Assembly: GCA_965261085.1 (NCBI GenBank)
Contig: OZ253442.1
Coordinates: 4,064,001 to 4,128,000, forward strand
DNA: 64,000 nt
Source: a bacterium
GTDB lineage: Bacteria; UBA8248
Direction of reading: 5' to 3'
Shown in pieces: positions 1-10,398 of this stretch. The position numbers and the translations under genes are program-made. The notes under the pieces were generated by a model that saw only the letters and a program-made list of their open reading frames with translations, made no database searches and was not told the DNA's origin. Within the stretch, counting starts at the first letter, position 1. Each line of letters opens with the position of its first letter.

Positions 1-149
1 GTCCCGCACCCCACAACCGATATTCAATTCGTAGACGAAAATCTCGATAAGAGACGTTAGAAAAAATAGCACACCGAAGGGTGGCGCGCAAGAAAAGTAT
101 TTCCAGGAAAACCCCGAGACTTCACACCGAGGGGCTTAGGAATGGTAAA

Positions 150-2072
150 TCAAAAGGTTATCGTGGTTCCCGCCACCTGAGGGTCGTCGAGCGCGCCAAG
201 GAGCGCCTCCATCACGCGAGCCGGGCAGGCGCGGCCCTCGATATTCAGCATGAACCCATCCATCAACTCCCGCCTCATCCAACTCGCGAACACCGCCGCC
301 TCGTCCAAATCCTCCGAATTCGCCTTTCCGCCCTCGAAGCTATCGTCCAGGAATATCTCGTTTATCTTCTCTTCCAGGATGTGAACGGGCGGCTCGCTTT
401 TCTCGAAAGATACTTCATGAGCGAGGAGTCCATCCCTGATGAAATAACAGTATCGCTCCTCGCGCGTCTGCCCGGGTTCGACGATGATGAGCCTTCTCCT
501 CTCAACGGACGGCCCCGAGAGGGCGAACATCCTCGCCAGATGATGAAGGCAAGCGATATGACGTCTCAGCTTACCCGGTGATGGGCCCTCCTCTCTCCAG
601 GCCTTCTGGAGAAGGGAGAATACGCTCTCATCCTCTTTCGGGAGACGACCCTCCAGGATATCTCTCAACATCTCGAAGAGTTCCGCATATTCTGAATCCG
701 GCAACCGGGGCGGTTTTTTACCGCCCGGCGATGCGCCGCGCTTCTTGGCGTCGCGAAATCCCTCCGGCGCTTCATGGGGAAGTGGAAAGGCGGCGCAAAT
801 GGCTTCCAGCAAATCGGCAAGCTGCGCTTTTTTCCGAAACGGGCCATAGTAGCAGGCGCCATCGCGGGCAAGACGGGAGACGAAGGATACCCCGCGCCGT
901 GCGCCATTGGCCGAGAGCCTCAAAAAACCTCCGCCCGCTACGGCGAAGTTCCCGTTCATGAGGCTGGATTTTCGCATCGCCCGGAAAGCCTCGATGTTCA
1001 TGGCCAACTCACTTCGCAGGCTCTTCGCCTCCACGTGGCGCACACCCTTGAGCCTAAGGGCGAACCGGCCGGCGGAGCGATTTTTGGGATAAAACATATC
1101 CCGCACCGCTCGCCGTATGTCGTTGGCCTTGCCCGCGAACACGAGTCTTTCATCCTTGTCATACAGGCGATAAACGCCGCGATCACGGGGGAGAGATTCA
1201 ATCTTCGCCGGGTCGAGTCGAATCCCCTCCGCCATCGAAGGAGAACCCCCCTCGTCTGGCTGCTGAAACGCGAGCAGGGATTCGAGGCTGCCTAGCCCCA
1301 AAAGGCGGCACATCTGCTGAAAACGGATGAAGATCTGCGCCGTCACCCGGGCATCGCCCAAAGCGCGATGCCTTCCCTTCTCGGAATCGGGAAGCCCCAG
1401 GGACGTGCTCAACTCCGCGAGGTTGAAGCGTTTTTGACCCGGCAACAACAGATTCGCCAATTCAAACGTGCAAAGAACCTGTGGTGAAAAATCGCGCTCC
1501 AGGAACTCTTGCGCGTAATACTGAAGAAAATGAAGGTCGAAATTCGCGCAATGGGCGACGAACACACACCCGTCGATGAAATCCAGAAATCCGGGCAGCA
1601 CTTCCATCAGCCCCGGTTTGTCCGCCACCATGGCGTCGGTGATGCCCGTCAGGCGAACGACGTTCCAGGGAATCTCCCGGCCCGGATAGACCAGCGCGTC
1701 CCAGGAATCCACCACTTCGCCGGCGCGAACCTTGACGGCGGCCAATTCCGTAACCCGGTGCTGGGGGGGACGCCCGCCCGTGGTCTCGATATCGACAACG
1801 GCGAAGGTGGTTTCGGGAAGATAGGGCCGGGAGAGCAAACGGGCGGCCTCTTCCGCACTCATGAGGTCGCCCGCTCCGTTTACGGCGCTTTTTTCAAGAA
1901 GAGGCCCGAGGATATCGAACGCCGCCGAATCATCTATCTCTTTGAGGCTCAAGGCATTGCGGACATATTCAAACGCGGCGGATTCTTGAATCGCCACCCG
2001 TTTCTCTTGCGTCGTTTCCTGAGCCATGAGCCTGCGCTTTTGTGAAGACATGGGCCGTGAGTCGATCGACAT
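150..2072 (-). CDS. DEDDh 3'-5' exonuclease (DNA pol III epsilon/PolC-like) fused to a degenerate GIY-YIG/UvrC-like domain
   Basis: Exonuclease motifs VVDIETTG, FVAHCANFD and HRALGDA, followed by LPRDRGVYRLYD..LVFAGKA (GIY-YIG-like). The true start may be slightly downstream. Confidence 0.85.
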   Translation of the reverse strand: MSIDSRPMSSQKRRLMAQETTQEKRVAIQESAAFEYVRNALSLKEIDDSAAFDILGPLLEKSAVNGAGDLMSAEEAARLLSRPYLPETTFAVVDIETTGGRPPQHRVTELAAVKVRAGEVVDSWDALVYPGREIPWNVVRLTGITDAMVADKPGLMEVLPGFLDFIDGCVFVAHCANFDLHFLQYYAQEFLERDFSPQVLCTFELANLLLPGQKRFNLAELSTSLGLPDSEKGRHRALGDARVTAQIFIRFQQMCRLLGLGSLESLLAFQQPDEGGSPSMAEGIRLDPAKIESLPRDRGVYRLYDKDERLVFAGKANDIRRAVRDMFYPKNRSAGRFALRLKGVRHVEAKSLRSELAMNIEAFRAMRKSSLMNGNFAVAGGGFLRLSANGARRGVSFVSRLARDGACYYGPFRKKAQLADLLEAICAAFPLPHEAPEGFRDAKKRGASPGGKKPPRLPDSEYAELFEMLRDILEGRLPKEDESVFSLLQKAWREEGPSPGKLRRHIACLHHLARMFALSGPSVERRRLIIVEPGQTREERYCYFIRDGLLAHEVSFEKSEPPVHILEEKINEIFLDDSFEGGKANSEDLDEAAVFASWMRRELMDGFMLNIEGRACPARVMEALLGALDDPQVAGTTITF

Positions 2073-2190
2073 GCTCCAAATGTAGCAGAAAGTAGGTGAG
2101 GATCATAGTCTGTTTCCCCTCAGCTCGTTCACCAAGCGCGCCTGTTTTGGTATAACTCAAGAACGTGGTCTTTTCGGAAGGAGAGCAACC

Positions 2191-2616
2191 TTGTTCGGAA
2201 GCATCGGAATGACGGAGTTGATCGTGATCATGGTGGTCGCCCTGGTCGTCATAGGACCCAAGCGTCTGCCGGAGATGGCCCGCACGCTCGGAAAGGCCCT
2301 GGGCGACTTCAAGCGCGCAACGTCGGATTTTCAGAGCAGCTTCAGCATGGAAGACGACTACGATCTCGACGTGCTCGATGAGGACGTAAAACAGCAGGAC
2401 AAAAAAGCAAGCACTGAAGAATCCAAAGACGACGAGGGCGACGACGAGGAAGAAGACGACGCGGCGGAGTTGGCTGAGAAACCGACCCAGACCGAGACGA
2501 ACGAACCCGCGCCCGAGGCGGGCGACACCGCGCCTGAGGCCGAGGCCGACGCCACGGAGAACAAAGCGGCTCCAGATGAAACCGGACCCGCGCGAGAGGA
2601 CGACAAGCAGACGTGA
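2191..2616 (+). CDS. tatB: Sec-independent translocase subunit TatB (TatA/B family)
   Basis: MFGSIGMTELIVIMVVALVVIGPKRLPEMARTLGK, acidic tail, GGAG RBS, overlaps tatC. Confidence 0.9.
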   Translation: MFGSIGMTELIVIMVVALVVIGPKRLPEMARTLGKALGDFKRATSDFQSSFSMEDDYDLDVLDEDVKQQDKKASTEESKDDEGDDEEEDDAAELAEKPTQTETNEPAPEAGDTAPEAEADATENKAAPDETGPAREDDKQT

Positions 2617-3380
2617 GCGGCGATGCTTCCATGCCCCTCACCGGGCACCTGACGGAGTTGCGCAACAGAATCCTCTACATCCTCGGCACGATTCTCGTCG
2701 TGTTCATGGGCGCCTATTTTTTCTCGACCGAACTGCTGACCTTCATACAGCGCCCCATCGCCGGGCAGAAACTCGTATTCCTGTCGCCGACGGAAGCATT
2801 TTTCGCGCACGTCAAGGTCTCGTTTTTCTGCTCGGTGTTCATCAGCCTACCCATCATCTTGTTTCAGATCTGGCGATTCTGCGCCCCGGGACTGAAGGGC
2901 CGGGAGAAGCGCTACATCGTGCCCTTCGTGTTCTTCTCGACGCTGAGCTTCATCGTAGGCGCCCTTTTCTGCTATTTCCTGATTCTGCCCTACGGCCTCG
3001 CTTTTCTGCTGAGCTTCGCCACCGAATCCCTGACGCCCCAGATTTCGGTAGGTTTTTACATCTCCTTCGCCTTTAAGCTCATTTTCACGTTCGGTCTGGT
3101 ATTCGAGGTGCCGATCATCACCATCCTGCTCGTGCAAATCGGCGTCATCACGCCCGATTTCCTCTCGAAAAACCGCGGGTACGTCATCGTCGGCGCATTC
3201 GTCCTGTCCGCTCTGCTCACGCCGCCCGACGTGGTGACGCAGGTATTTCTCGCAGGACCCGTCATCGTGCTGTTCGAGATCAGCATTATCATCTCGAAAA
3301 TCATCATAAAGCGAAAGAAAAAGCGCGAGGAGGAAAGGGAGAAGGAATGGGAAGACGACGAAGACGATGATACGGACTAG
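2613..3380 (+). CDS. tatC: Sec-independent translocase subunit TatC
   Basis: MPLTGHLTELRNR, SPTEAF, APGL...EKRY, FEVP and TPPD motifs; about 6 TM segments. Confidence 0.97.
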   Translation: MSGDASMPLTGHLTELRNRILYILGTILVVFMGAYFFSTELLTFIQRPIAGQKLVFLSPTEAFFAHVKVSFFCSVFISLPIILFQIWRFCAPGLKGREKRYIVPFVFFSTLSFIVGALFCYFLILPYGLAFLLSFATESLTPQISVGFYISFAFKLIFTFGLVFEVPIITILLVQIGVITPDFLSKNRGYVIVGAFVLSALLTPPDVVTQVFLAGPVIVLFEISIIISKIIIKRKKKREEEREKEWEDDEDDDTD

Positions 3381-3555
3381 GCTGTGGATGCCCTGCTCCA
3401 GGAAGCGGACCCGCCCTCAGAAGCGACTGAGGAAGCCCTCTTGAATCCCCCGGATCCCCGCGGCCCGGCAACCCCCTCCGCTAGAATCACCTGCGCACCG
3501 TACGCGCCCACGACTTCCGAAGCCCGCGCCCAATCCGGGTGAGCGCCGCCTCAAT

Positions 3556-3837
3556 ATGAAAGAGGAGACACGGCGGATTCGCCTCATCATCCGGGGCCGG
3601 GTGCAGGGCGTATGGTACCGGGGCAGCGCGCAGGAAATCGCCCGCGAACTCGGCCTCACCGGATGGGTGAGAAACTTACACGACGGGAGCGTGGAGCTGG
3701 TTGCCGAAGGCGAGGGTCCGGCGCTCGATGCCTTCAAGGCATGGTGCCGCAAGGGACCGCCACTGGCGAGAGTCTATGACATTTTTGAAGAACAGATAAC
3801 GCCATGCGGGAAGCCGGCCTCGTTCGAGGTTCGCTGA
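3556..3837 (+). CDS. acyP: acylphosphatase
   Basis: GRVQGVWYR, GWVRN and GPPLARV signature motifs. Confidence 0.95.
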   Translation: MKEETRRIRLIIRGRVQGVWYRGSAQEIARELGLTGWVRNLHDGSVELVAEGEGPALDAFKAWCRKGPPLARVYDIFEEQITPCGKPASFEVR

Positions 3838-3843
3838 AACGCG

Positions 3844-4743
3844 CTAGATACCCGCAAATCCCGTCCAGAAGATGAGATAGGAAGATATGGCGTTCAGATA
3901 ATTCGAGATCAGCAGAACGCCCACTAGTAGAAGCATGGCGCTGCTCGCGATTTCCACCCCATGGAAATAGCGCCTAAACGATTGATAGAACCGGAAGAAA
4001 TAACCCACGCCCAAACCGCTCAAGAGGAACGGAACGCCCAGCCCTGCGGAATAGCTCGCGAGCAGAACGACGCCCTGTCCCGCCGTTTGCTGCGTTCCGG
4101 CGAACAGAAGAATGCTGCCCAGAATCGGGCCGACGCAGGGCGTCCAGCCGGCGGCGAAGGTGACACCGACCAACATGCTGCCGAGCCAGCCGGCGGGCTT
4201 GCTTTTCAGCATGATGCGGTTTTCAGAGGAGAGCACGGGCAGGAAAACGGCCACGAATACATAAAGGGCGGCAGCCGTGAGCACCCCGCCCAGCGTGGGG
4301 TAGCCCATTTGCAGGCCCGCCAGCCCCGCCATGAAAATCAGGGCGGCGAAAGCGCCGCTCACGCCGGTCGATTTTTCGGAGAAAAACCTCTGGCCTCTGA
4401 AATCAAAGGCCCTGTCGCCGACATAGAGACCGAACATGGTGATCATGATGCCGCCCAGCAGCCTGACGTGATCCTGATACTCAAAGAGTATCTTTCCTAC
4501 GAAAGACACGCTGGCGCCCAATATGACGAAGACGAGAGAAAACCCCGCCACGAAAAACAGGGAATTCACCAAAATGACGCTTCGAACGCGGGCGGCCTCG
4601 CCGCTCTCTCTTATTTCCTCATAGGACAAGCCGGTTAAATAGGAAAGATAACTGGGAACCAGCGGGAGGATGCACGGGGAGGCGAAACTCAACACCCCCG
4701 CCGCGAAAGCCAGACTCAATGACAAGTTTTCCGGGGCCATCAT
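3844..4743 (-). CDS. ccdA: cytochrome c biogenesis protein CcdA (DsbD TM domain)
   Basis: SFASPCILPLVPSY and GWTPCVGPILGSIL conserved Cys motifs. Confidence 0.92.
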   Translation of the reverse strand: MMAPENLSLSLAFAAGVLSFASPCILPLVPSYLSYLTGLSYEEIRESGEAARVRSVILVNSLFFVAGFSLVFVILGASVSFVGKILFEYQDHVRLLGGIMITMFGLYVGDRAFDFRGQRFFSEKSTGVSGAFAALIFMAGLAGLQMGYPTLGGVLTAAALYVFVAVFLPVLSSENRIMLKSKPAGWLGSMLVGVTFAAGWTPCVGPILGSILLFAGTQQTAGQGVVLLASYSAGLGVPFLLSGLGVGYFFRFYQSFRRYFHGVEIASSAMLLLVGVLLISNYLNAISSYLIFWTGFAGI

Positions 4744-4869
4744 TTTCCCTTATCAAAATTGCCGGCGGCCATGCGGATGGTTGGTTGTCTCCACCGAATC
4801 CCGACGAACTATCCTATCACAGTAAAACAGGGGTTCGGGCTGAAATTGCCGAGATGAATTAAATCCGAA

Positions 4870-6192
4870 TCAGTTTCCACTCATCTCATTCCCATCGAAG
4901 GGATTGTGGATACAAATCGTATCGTCACGGCTCGGCCCCGTGGAAATCAGCCATACCGGCCTGTCCGTCAACTCCTCGAGACGTTTGATGTAATCCTTCG
5001 CCCGGGGAGGGATGGCGTCATAATCCTGCACGCCCCCGGTGGGGGACATCCAGCCGGGAAATTCCGTATATACGGGCTTGCATTGCTCCAAAATCGAAGT
5101 CTCCGCCGGGAAGACCGTGACGCGCTCGCCCTCGTATTCATAGCCCACACAAACCCGAATTGTTTCCTGATTATCGAGCACGTCGAGTTTCGTCACCGCT
5201 ATCGCATCCATTCCGGATACCTGGATGCAGTGGCGAGCCGCCACGGCGTCGAACCAACCGCACCGCCTGGGCCTGCCGGTGGTGGCTCCGAACTCACCGC
5301 CCTCTTCCCGAAGGAGCCCGGCTTCCACTTCCCCCATTTCGGAGGGAAACGGGCCTTGCCCCACCCGCGTGCAATACGCTTTCATGATTCCGAATACGGT
5401 GTTCAATCGGCTATAGGGCAAGCCTAAGCCGCTCATCGCCCCGCCCACGCCGGTGTTGCTCGACGTCACGTAGGGATACGTGCCCATGTCCAGATCGAGG
5501 AGGATTCCCTGCGCGCCTTCGAGCAGAATATTCTTGTTCCCGCTCAACGCGTCGTTGATTTCCACATCGGTATTCCTTACATGGGGGCCCAGCGTTTTCC
5601 GCACCTGGGAGCACACGTCCAGGATATGCGCCTCATCGAGCGCCTTCGTTTCCTCCTCGTTCAAATTAATATCGCCCAGAAGCCGCTTTTTGATGGCCAG
5701 GCTGACGCGGATGCGATCCGTCAATATCTTCTCATCGAACAGATCCGAAATCCGCACGCCCAGCCTCGCCGCCTTGTCCGAGTAGGCCGGCCCGATGCCC
5801 CGGCCCGTCGTTCCGATGCGGTTGACGCCCAAAAGCTCTTCCATGTGGGAATCGAGAACCTTGTGGTAGGGCATAATGAGGTGCGCGCGCTTTCCGAGAA
5901 CGAGATTCTCACCGATTTCGATGCCCTTGGAGCGGAGGTATTCAATCTCCTCCACCAGAGCGAGCGGGTCCACCACCACACCCGAGCCGATGATGCACTT
6001 GACCCCGGCATGCAAAATCCCCGTCGGTACCAGGTGGAGAATGTATTGATTTCCATCGACGACCACGGTATGGCCTGCGTTCGCCCCCCCCTGGTAGCGG
6101 GCCACCACATCCGCTTGACTCGCCAGCCAGTCGATGACTTTCCCTTTCCCCTCATCGCCCCACTGACCACCCAGAATCGCCAAAACACTCAT
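4870..6192 (-). CDS. purA: adenylosuccinate synthetase
   Basis: GGQWGDEGKGK, GGANAGHT, GTTGRGIGPAY, EGAQG and GATTGRPRRCGWFD. Confidence 0.99.
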   Translation of the reverse strand: MSVLAILGGQWGDEGKGKVIDWLASQADVVARYQGGANAGHTVVVDGNQYILHLVPTGILHAGVKCIIGSGVVVDPLALVEEIEYLRSKGIEIGENLVLGKRAHLIMPYHKVLDSHMEELLGVNRIGTTGRGIGPAYSDKAARLGVRISDLFDEKILTDRIRVSLAIKKRLLGDINLNEEETKALDEAHILDVCSQVRKTLGPHVRNTDVEINDALSGNKNILLEGAQGILLDLDMGTYPYVTSSNTGVGGAMSGLGLPYSRLNTVFGIMKAYCTRVGQGPFPSEMGEVEAGLLREEGGEFGATTGRPRRCGWFDAVAARHCIQVSGMDAIAVTKLDVLDNQETIRVCVGYEYEGERVTVFPAETSILEQCKPVYTEFPGWMSPTGGVQDYDAIPPRAKDYIKRLEELTDRPVWLISTGPSRDDTICIHNPFDGNEMSGN

Positions 6193-7478
6193 CGACTATC
6201 ATCCCTTCCGCCCACCCGGGCGAGAATTTCCTCGATAGGATATGCGCCCAAATCTTCCCCGTCCGGCTCGAGGAGCCTGGCGCTGCCTCCCCGTTTTCCG
6301 CCGCGCTCGATGACGAGGCATTTCGACACGCCCGCCGCCCGCGCGTATTCCAGCGAGCCTGCGAGGTCGCGGCGAATGATGTCGCGCGCCACCCGCCAGC
6401 CCCGCGCCCTGAGTTTGCGGGAAAGAACGATGCCCGAGCGCTTATCTCTCGTGAGGTCGATGACGAGAAAATCCGTTCCGTTTCTGCTCTCCGCCCCTTG
6501 CGTCACAAGGGGAAGCATTTGATTCAGGTCTACGGCGAATCCCGTTCCGAGCGCGTCGTCGCCGTAGAGCCCCAGGAGCTTGTCGTAGCGGCCGCCGCCG
6601 CATACGGGATATCCCGAACCCTCCACGAACCCCTCGAATATCAACCCCGTATAGTAGTCGATATCCTTGAAATCACACAAATCGAAGATGATGCGCTCAG
6701 AGAGGCCATACAACTCCAGTATCCGGAATACTTTCAACAGTTCCCGAACGGCGCCCCTGGCCGCCGGTGTTCTTATTTTTTCCTCCACGCCGAGGAGCAC
6801 CTCGATCCCGCCGAAACACTCCGGAATCCGCTCCAGAAGCCCGGCGTCCGTTTTTTGGCGCGGGACTCCCTTGAGAAGGCTCGCTACGCCCGAGGAATCG
6901 CGGCGCGCTATCGCTTCGAGCAACTCGGCCCTTTGCGCCCCCTCCAAACCCAAGGCGCCCAGAATGCCGCGCAGGAATGCGCCATGGCTCAAGGACATGC
7001 GGAAATTATTTACGCCGTTCGCCTGTAGGCACTCCACGGCGATGGCTATCATCTCGGCGTCGGCTTCCAGAGAGACCAGGCCGATCAGTTCCACGCCCGC
7101 CTGCCAGAACTCGCGTTGCAACTCCCCCGCCACATGGGCGTGGCGAAAGACGTTCGTCGCATAGGAGAGCCGCAGGGGCCGGGGATGAGCGGCCAGAATC
7201 GTGCCTGCCGCTCTTGCGATTTGAGGCGTCATGTCCGCCCGAAGGGCCAGCAGTCCGCCGCTTTCGAGATCGACCATCCGGTAGGTCTGCGCGTCGAGCA
7301 CCTCCGAACCCGCCCTGGGGACGTAAAACTCGAACGCGGGCGTGAGGAGTTCCCGGAACCCCCACTGCTCGAACACGCCGAGGAGGCTCTCCTCCACCTC
7401 TCGTTTACGTCTCGCTTCACCCGGCAGGAAAACGCGCGAGCCACCCGGAATGGCCCGCAGGGAAGCTATCTGTCTCAT
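6189..7478 (-). CDS. hisZ: ATP phosphoribosyltransferase regulatory subunit
   Basis: LALRADMTPQIAR, REFWQAGVELIG, YYTGLIFE and GGGRYD; start ATG 7478 overlaps the serA stop; conserved hisZ-purA order. Confidence 0.92.
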   Translation of the reverse strand: MRQIASLRAIPGGSRVFLPGEARRKREVEESLLGVFEQWGFRELLTPAFEFYVPRAGSEVLDAQTYRMVDLESGGLLALRADMTPQIARAAGTILAAHPRPLRLSYATNVFRHAHVAGELQREFWQAGVELIGLVSLEADAEMIAIAVECLQANGVNNFRMSLSHGAFLRGILGALGLEGAQRAELLEAIARRDSSGVASLLKGVPRQKTDAGLLERIPECFGGIEVLLGVEEKIRTPAARGAVRELLKVFRILELYGLSERIIFDLCDFKDIDYYTGLIFEGFVEGSGYPVCGGGRYDKLLGLYGDDALGTGFAVDLNQMLPLVTQGAESRNGTDFLVIDLTRDKRSGIVLSRKLRARGWRVARDIIRRDLAGSLEYARAAGVSKCLVIERGGKRGGSARLLEPDGEDLGAYPIEEILARVGGRDDSR

Positions 7479-9079
7479 GAAAAACCCAACCTGACGAGGC
7501 AGGCGTCGTAGACGTGGGGAATGGCGCGAACCTCCTCCATGACGGGTTCGGGCACGGGATCGTCCAATATCAGGACGGCGACGGCCATATCCTGCTGCCA
7601 TACTCTGCCCAACTGCATACCGGCGATGTTGATATTGTTATTCCCCAGCAGGGTGCCCATCTTGCCGATCAAGCCGGGCCGGTCCTCGTTTCGGAATATG
7701 AGGAGATAGCCCCTGAGCGCCACGTCGACCGAATAATCGTCTATCCGAACGATTCTGGGATCATTCTTCCTGAGAAAAGTTCCCGCGACGGAGCGCTCGC
7801 CCGAGTCGGTTTTCACGCGAAGCTCGATCAAGTCCGTATAGAGGAGATTCTCCGAGCGGCTCGTCGCCCTTACCTCGATACCGCGTTCTTTCGCGAGCAG
7901 AAGGCCGTTCACCATGTTCACGCGAACACTCGACAGGAACCGGCCCAGCATCCCCTTGATGGCCGAGGCGGCCAGCGCCTTCATGGGCATGTCGATGGCG
8001 CCGCCATAGACCACTTCGAGCGTCTGCAATCCCCCGCCGGCGAGTTGGGCCAGAAAATCACCGAGGCGATCGGCCAAATCCAGGTGGGGACCGATTTGCT
8101 CGAGCATCTCGGGACTCAAGGAGGGTAGATTCACGGCATGTCCGACTACGCCTTCGGTCAGATACGCCACGACCTGCTTCGCCACGCTGGTCGCCACGTT
8201 CTCCTGCGCCTCCGCGGTCGAGGCGCCCAGGTGGGGCGTGCAGACGACATCGTCGCGCCCGATGAGCGGGTCGTCCGGATCGGGGGGCTCCTGTTGGTAT
8301 ACGTCCACCGCAAGACCCCCGACCTTGCCGCTGTCGAGCGCGGAGACCAACGCCTCCTCGTCTATCAGTCCCCCGCGCGCGCAGTTGATAATGCGAACAC
8401 CATCGCGCATCCGGGCGATTTCCTCGGGGCCGATCAAGTTGCCCGTTTCGGCCGTCTTGGGAATGTGCAGGGTGATGTAGTCGGACTTGGCCAAAAGCTC
8501 ATCGAAGTCCACGGGGCTCACCCCGCGCTTCGAAAGCACCTCGGCGGAAATGTAGGGATCGTAAGCGAGGACGTTCATGCCCAGGCTGCGGGCGAACGTC
8601 GCCGTCTGTGAACCCACGCGCCCCATGCCCACGACGCCCAGGGTTTTGGAGGAAAGCTCGCTGCCCACGAAGCGGCTGCGCTCCCATTTCCCCTGCTTGA
8701 GAGAGGAGACGGCCGAGGGAATCTTGCGCGCCAGCGAGAACATCATGGCGATGGTATGCTCCGCCGTGGTGATGACGTTGCCGTCGGGCGCGTTCACCAC
8801 CAGGATGCCGCGCACACTGGCGGCATCAAGATCCACGTTGTCCACCCCGATTCCTGCGCGGGCGACCACCTTGAGCGTCTCTCCGACACCCAAAAGCTCA
8901 TCATCCACCTGCGTGCCGCTCCGGACGATGAGCGCGTCCGCGGTTTTGACGGCTTCGAGTATTTCTTCGCGCGTCGCCGAGGTGTGGTTGAGGACTTCAA
9001 AGCCCTTCTGTTCCTCCAGTATTTCATGCGCCCTCGGCGAGAGCGGCTCACAAATCAGAACGCGAAACGCCTGGCTCAT
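7475..9079 (-). CDS. serA: D-3-phosphoglycerate dehydrogenase
   Basis: RAGIGVDNVD, GMGRVG, INCARGG, TPHLGAST.EAQ and C-terminal ACT domain (DRPGLIG); start MSQAF at 9079. Confidence 0.97.
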   Translation of the reverse strand: MSQAFRVLICEPLSPRAHEILEEQKGFEVLNHTSATREEILEAVKTADALIVRSGTQVDDELLGVGETLKVVARAGIGVDNVDLDAASVRGILVVNAPDGNVITTAEHTIAMMFSLARKIPSAVSSLKQGKWERSRFVGSELSSKTLGVVGMGRVGSQTATFARSLGMNVLAYDPYISAEVLSKRGVSPVDFDELLAKSDYITLHIPKTAETGNLIGPEEIARMRDGVRIINCARGGLIDEEALVSALDSGKVGGLAVDVYQQEPPDPDDPLIGRDDVVCTPHLGASTAEAQENVATSVAKQVVAYLTEGVVGHAVNLPSLSPEMLEQIGPHLDLADRLGDFLAQLAGGGLQTLEVVYGGAIDMPMKALAASAIKGMLGRFLSSVRVNMVNGLLLAKERGIEVRATSRSENLLYTDLIELRVKTDSGERSVAGTFLRKNDPRIVRIDDYSVDVALRGYLLIFRNEDRPGLIGKMGTLLGNNNINIAGMQLGRVWQQDMAVAVLILDDPVPEPVMEEVRAIPHVYDACLVRLGFS

Positions 9080-10215
9080 CTGTCGAATACCTCCTGCGCC
9101 GCTGCGAGGCCACATCCTTTGGGGAGTGAAAAGCCCAAGCCGGCGAGGGCCGACTCCAGCGCGCCGATTGTGGCCAGCACGTCTGAGGAATCCACATACC
9201 CCAAGTGTCCGATCCGGAAAATCCTTCCGCTCAGGCTACCCTGCCCGCCGGCGATGGTCACCCCGTGCGCATCCTGCATTCTTAGGGGAATCGCATTTCC
9301 GTCGATTCCCTCGGGCACGCAAACGGCGGTAACGGCTTCGCTCCTCAATTCACGGGGAAATATGGTGAGACCCAGAGCCTCGACGGCCGCCCCCGTCGCC
9401 TGCGCCAATAGCGCATGACGCGCGAAGATATTTTCCAACCCTTCCTCGCGCATTATATCGAGCGCGACCGACAAACCCGCCAGAAGGGAAATCGCCGGCG
9501 TCCAGGCGGTGGTGTTCTTCATCTGGCTTTTTCGCTCGATCTCGAGGTCGAAATAATACTTCGGCGACCTGGAGACCGACGCGGCGCGCCAGGCCCGCTC
9601 GCTCAGCCAGACGAAAGCCAACCCCGGCGGTAGCATGAGCGCCTTCTGGCTCCCCGTGATCACTACGTCCAGATCCCATTCCTCGGCTTTGAGGTCATAC
9701 ACGCCCAGGGCCGTGATGGCGTCCACCACCACGAGCGTATCGGGCGATTTCTCGCGGACGACCCTCGCGACGGCCTGCGTATCGTGCTTGGCGCCGGTGG
9801 AGGTTTCGCTCGCCTGCATGAGCAGGGCCTTGTGCCCTCCCCGCTCAAGGCGCGCTTCCAGAGCGCCCATGTCGACCGAACGGCCCCATTCCACCTCCAG
9901 GACGTCCGCCTCGACCCCGTAGGCCGCGCAAAGCTCCTTCCAGCGCTCGCCGAACTTTCCGCCCTCGATGACGAGCGCGGAATCGCCCGGGGAGAGCAGG
10001 TTCGCCACCGCCGCTTCCATGCCGCCCGTACCCGAAGCGGCGAGCGTGATGACGTCGCCGCTCGTCTGGAAGAGCCATTCGAGGCCGCGCCTCGCCCCCT
10101 CGAAGTGCGCCTCGAACTCCCGGGTGCGATGGTGGATCAAGGGCCGCGCCATGGCTTCGAGCACCCGGTGGGGGACCGGCGTGGGGCCGGGCGCCATGAG
10201 ATGGTGCTTGTTCAT
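9076..10215 (-). CDS. class V PLP aminotransferase (serine-pyruvate/alanine-glyoxylate family; probable phosphoserine aminotransferase role)
   Basis: LMAPGPTPVP, SGTGGMEA, VDAIT and TGSQKALMLPPGL; coupled to serA. Confidence 0.9.
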   Translation of the reverse strand: MNKHHLMAPGPTPVPHRVLEAMARPLIHHRTREFEAHFEGARRGLEWLFQTSGDVITLAASGTGGMEAAVANLLSPGDSALVIEGGKFGERWKELCAAYGVEADVLEVEWGRSVDMGALEARLERGGHKALLMQASETSTGAKHDTQAVARVVREKSPDTLVVVDAITALGVYDLKAEEWDLDVVITGSQKALMLPPGLAFVWLSERAWRAASVSRSPKYYFDLEIERKSQMKNTTAWTPAISLLAGLSVALDIMREEGLENIFARHALLAQATGAAVEALGLTIFPRELRSEAVTAVCVPEGIDGNAIPLRMQDAHGVTIAGGQGSLSGRIFRIGHLGYVDSSDVLATIGALESALAGLGFSLPKGCGLAAAQEVFDR

Positions 10216-10373
10216 TTCTCGCTCTTCCCCTGATGTCTGTCGTTGCGGACGAATACGCGGTTACACGCACCAAGGATATACCATTCCACGCAAAACCCCT
10301 CAAACGATATCGTCTGAAAAGCGGGCTATCCGAAGCAGCGGAAACGCAGGAGAGCAAACGAACCGACCCGAAC

Positions 10374-10398
10374 GGGTCGTATATATACGACCCCTACA
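10374..10398. repeat. GTAG-type REP palindrome (family A)
   Basis: GGGTCGTATATATACGACCC followed by CTACA; contains the RAYT stop codon. Confidence 0.85.

Noticed and set aside
1-60. Possible 3' end of a plus-strand gene (VPHPTTDIQFVDENLDKRR*)
   Set aside because: Too short to assign
3381-3542. Open frame continuing after the tatC TAG (read-through or small ORF)
   Set aside because: Low-complexity Pro/Ala sequence, not in frame with acyP, with no recoding signal evident
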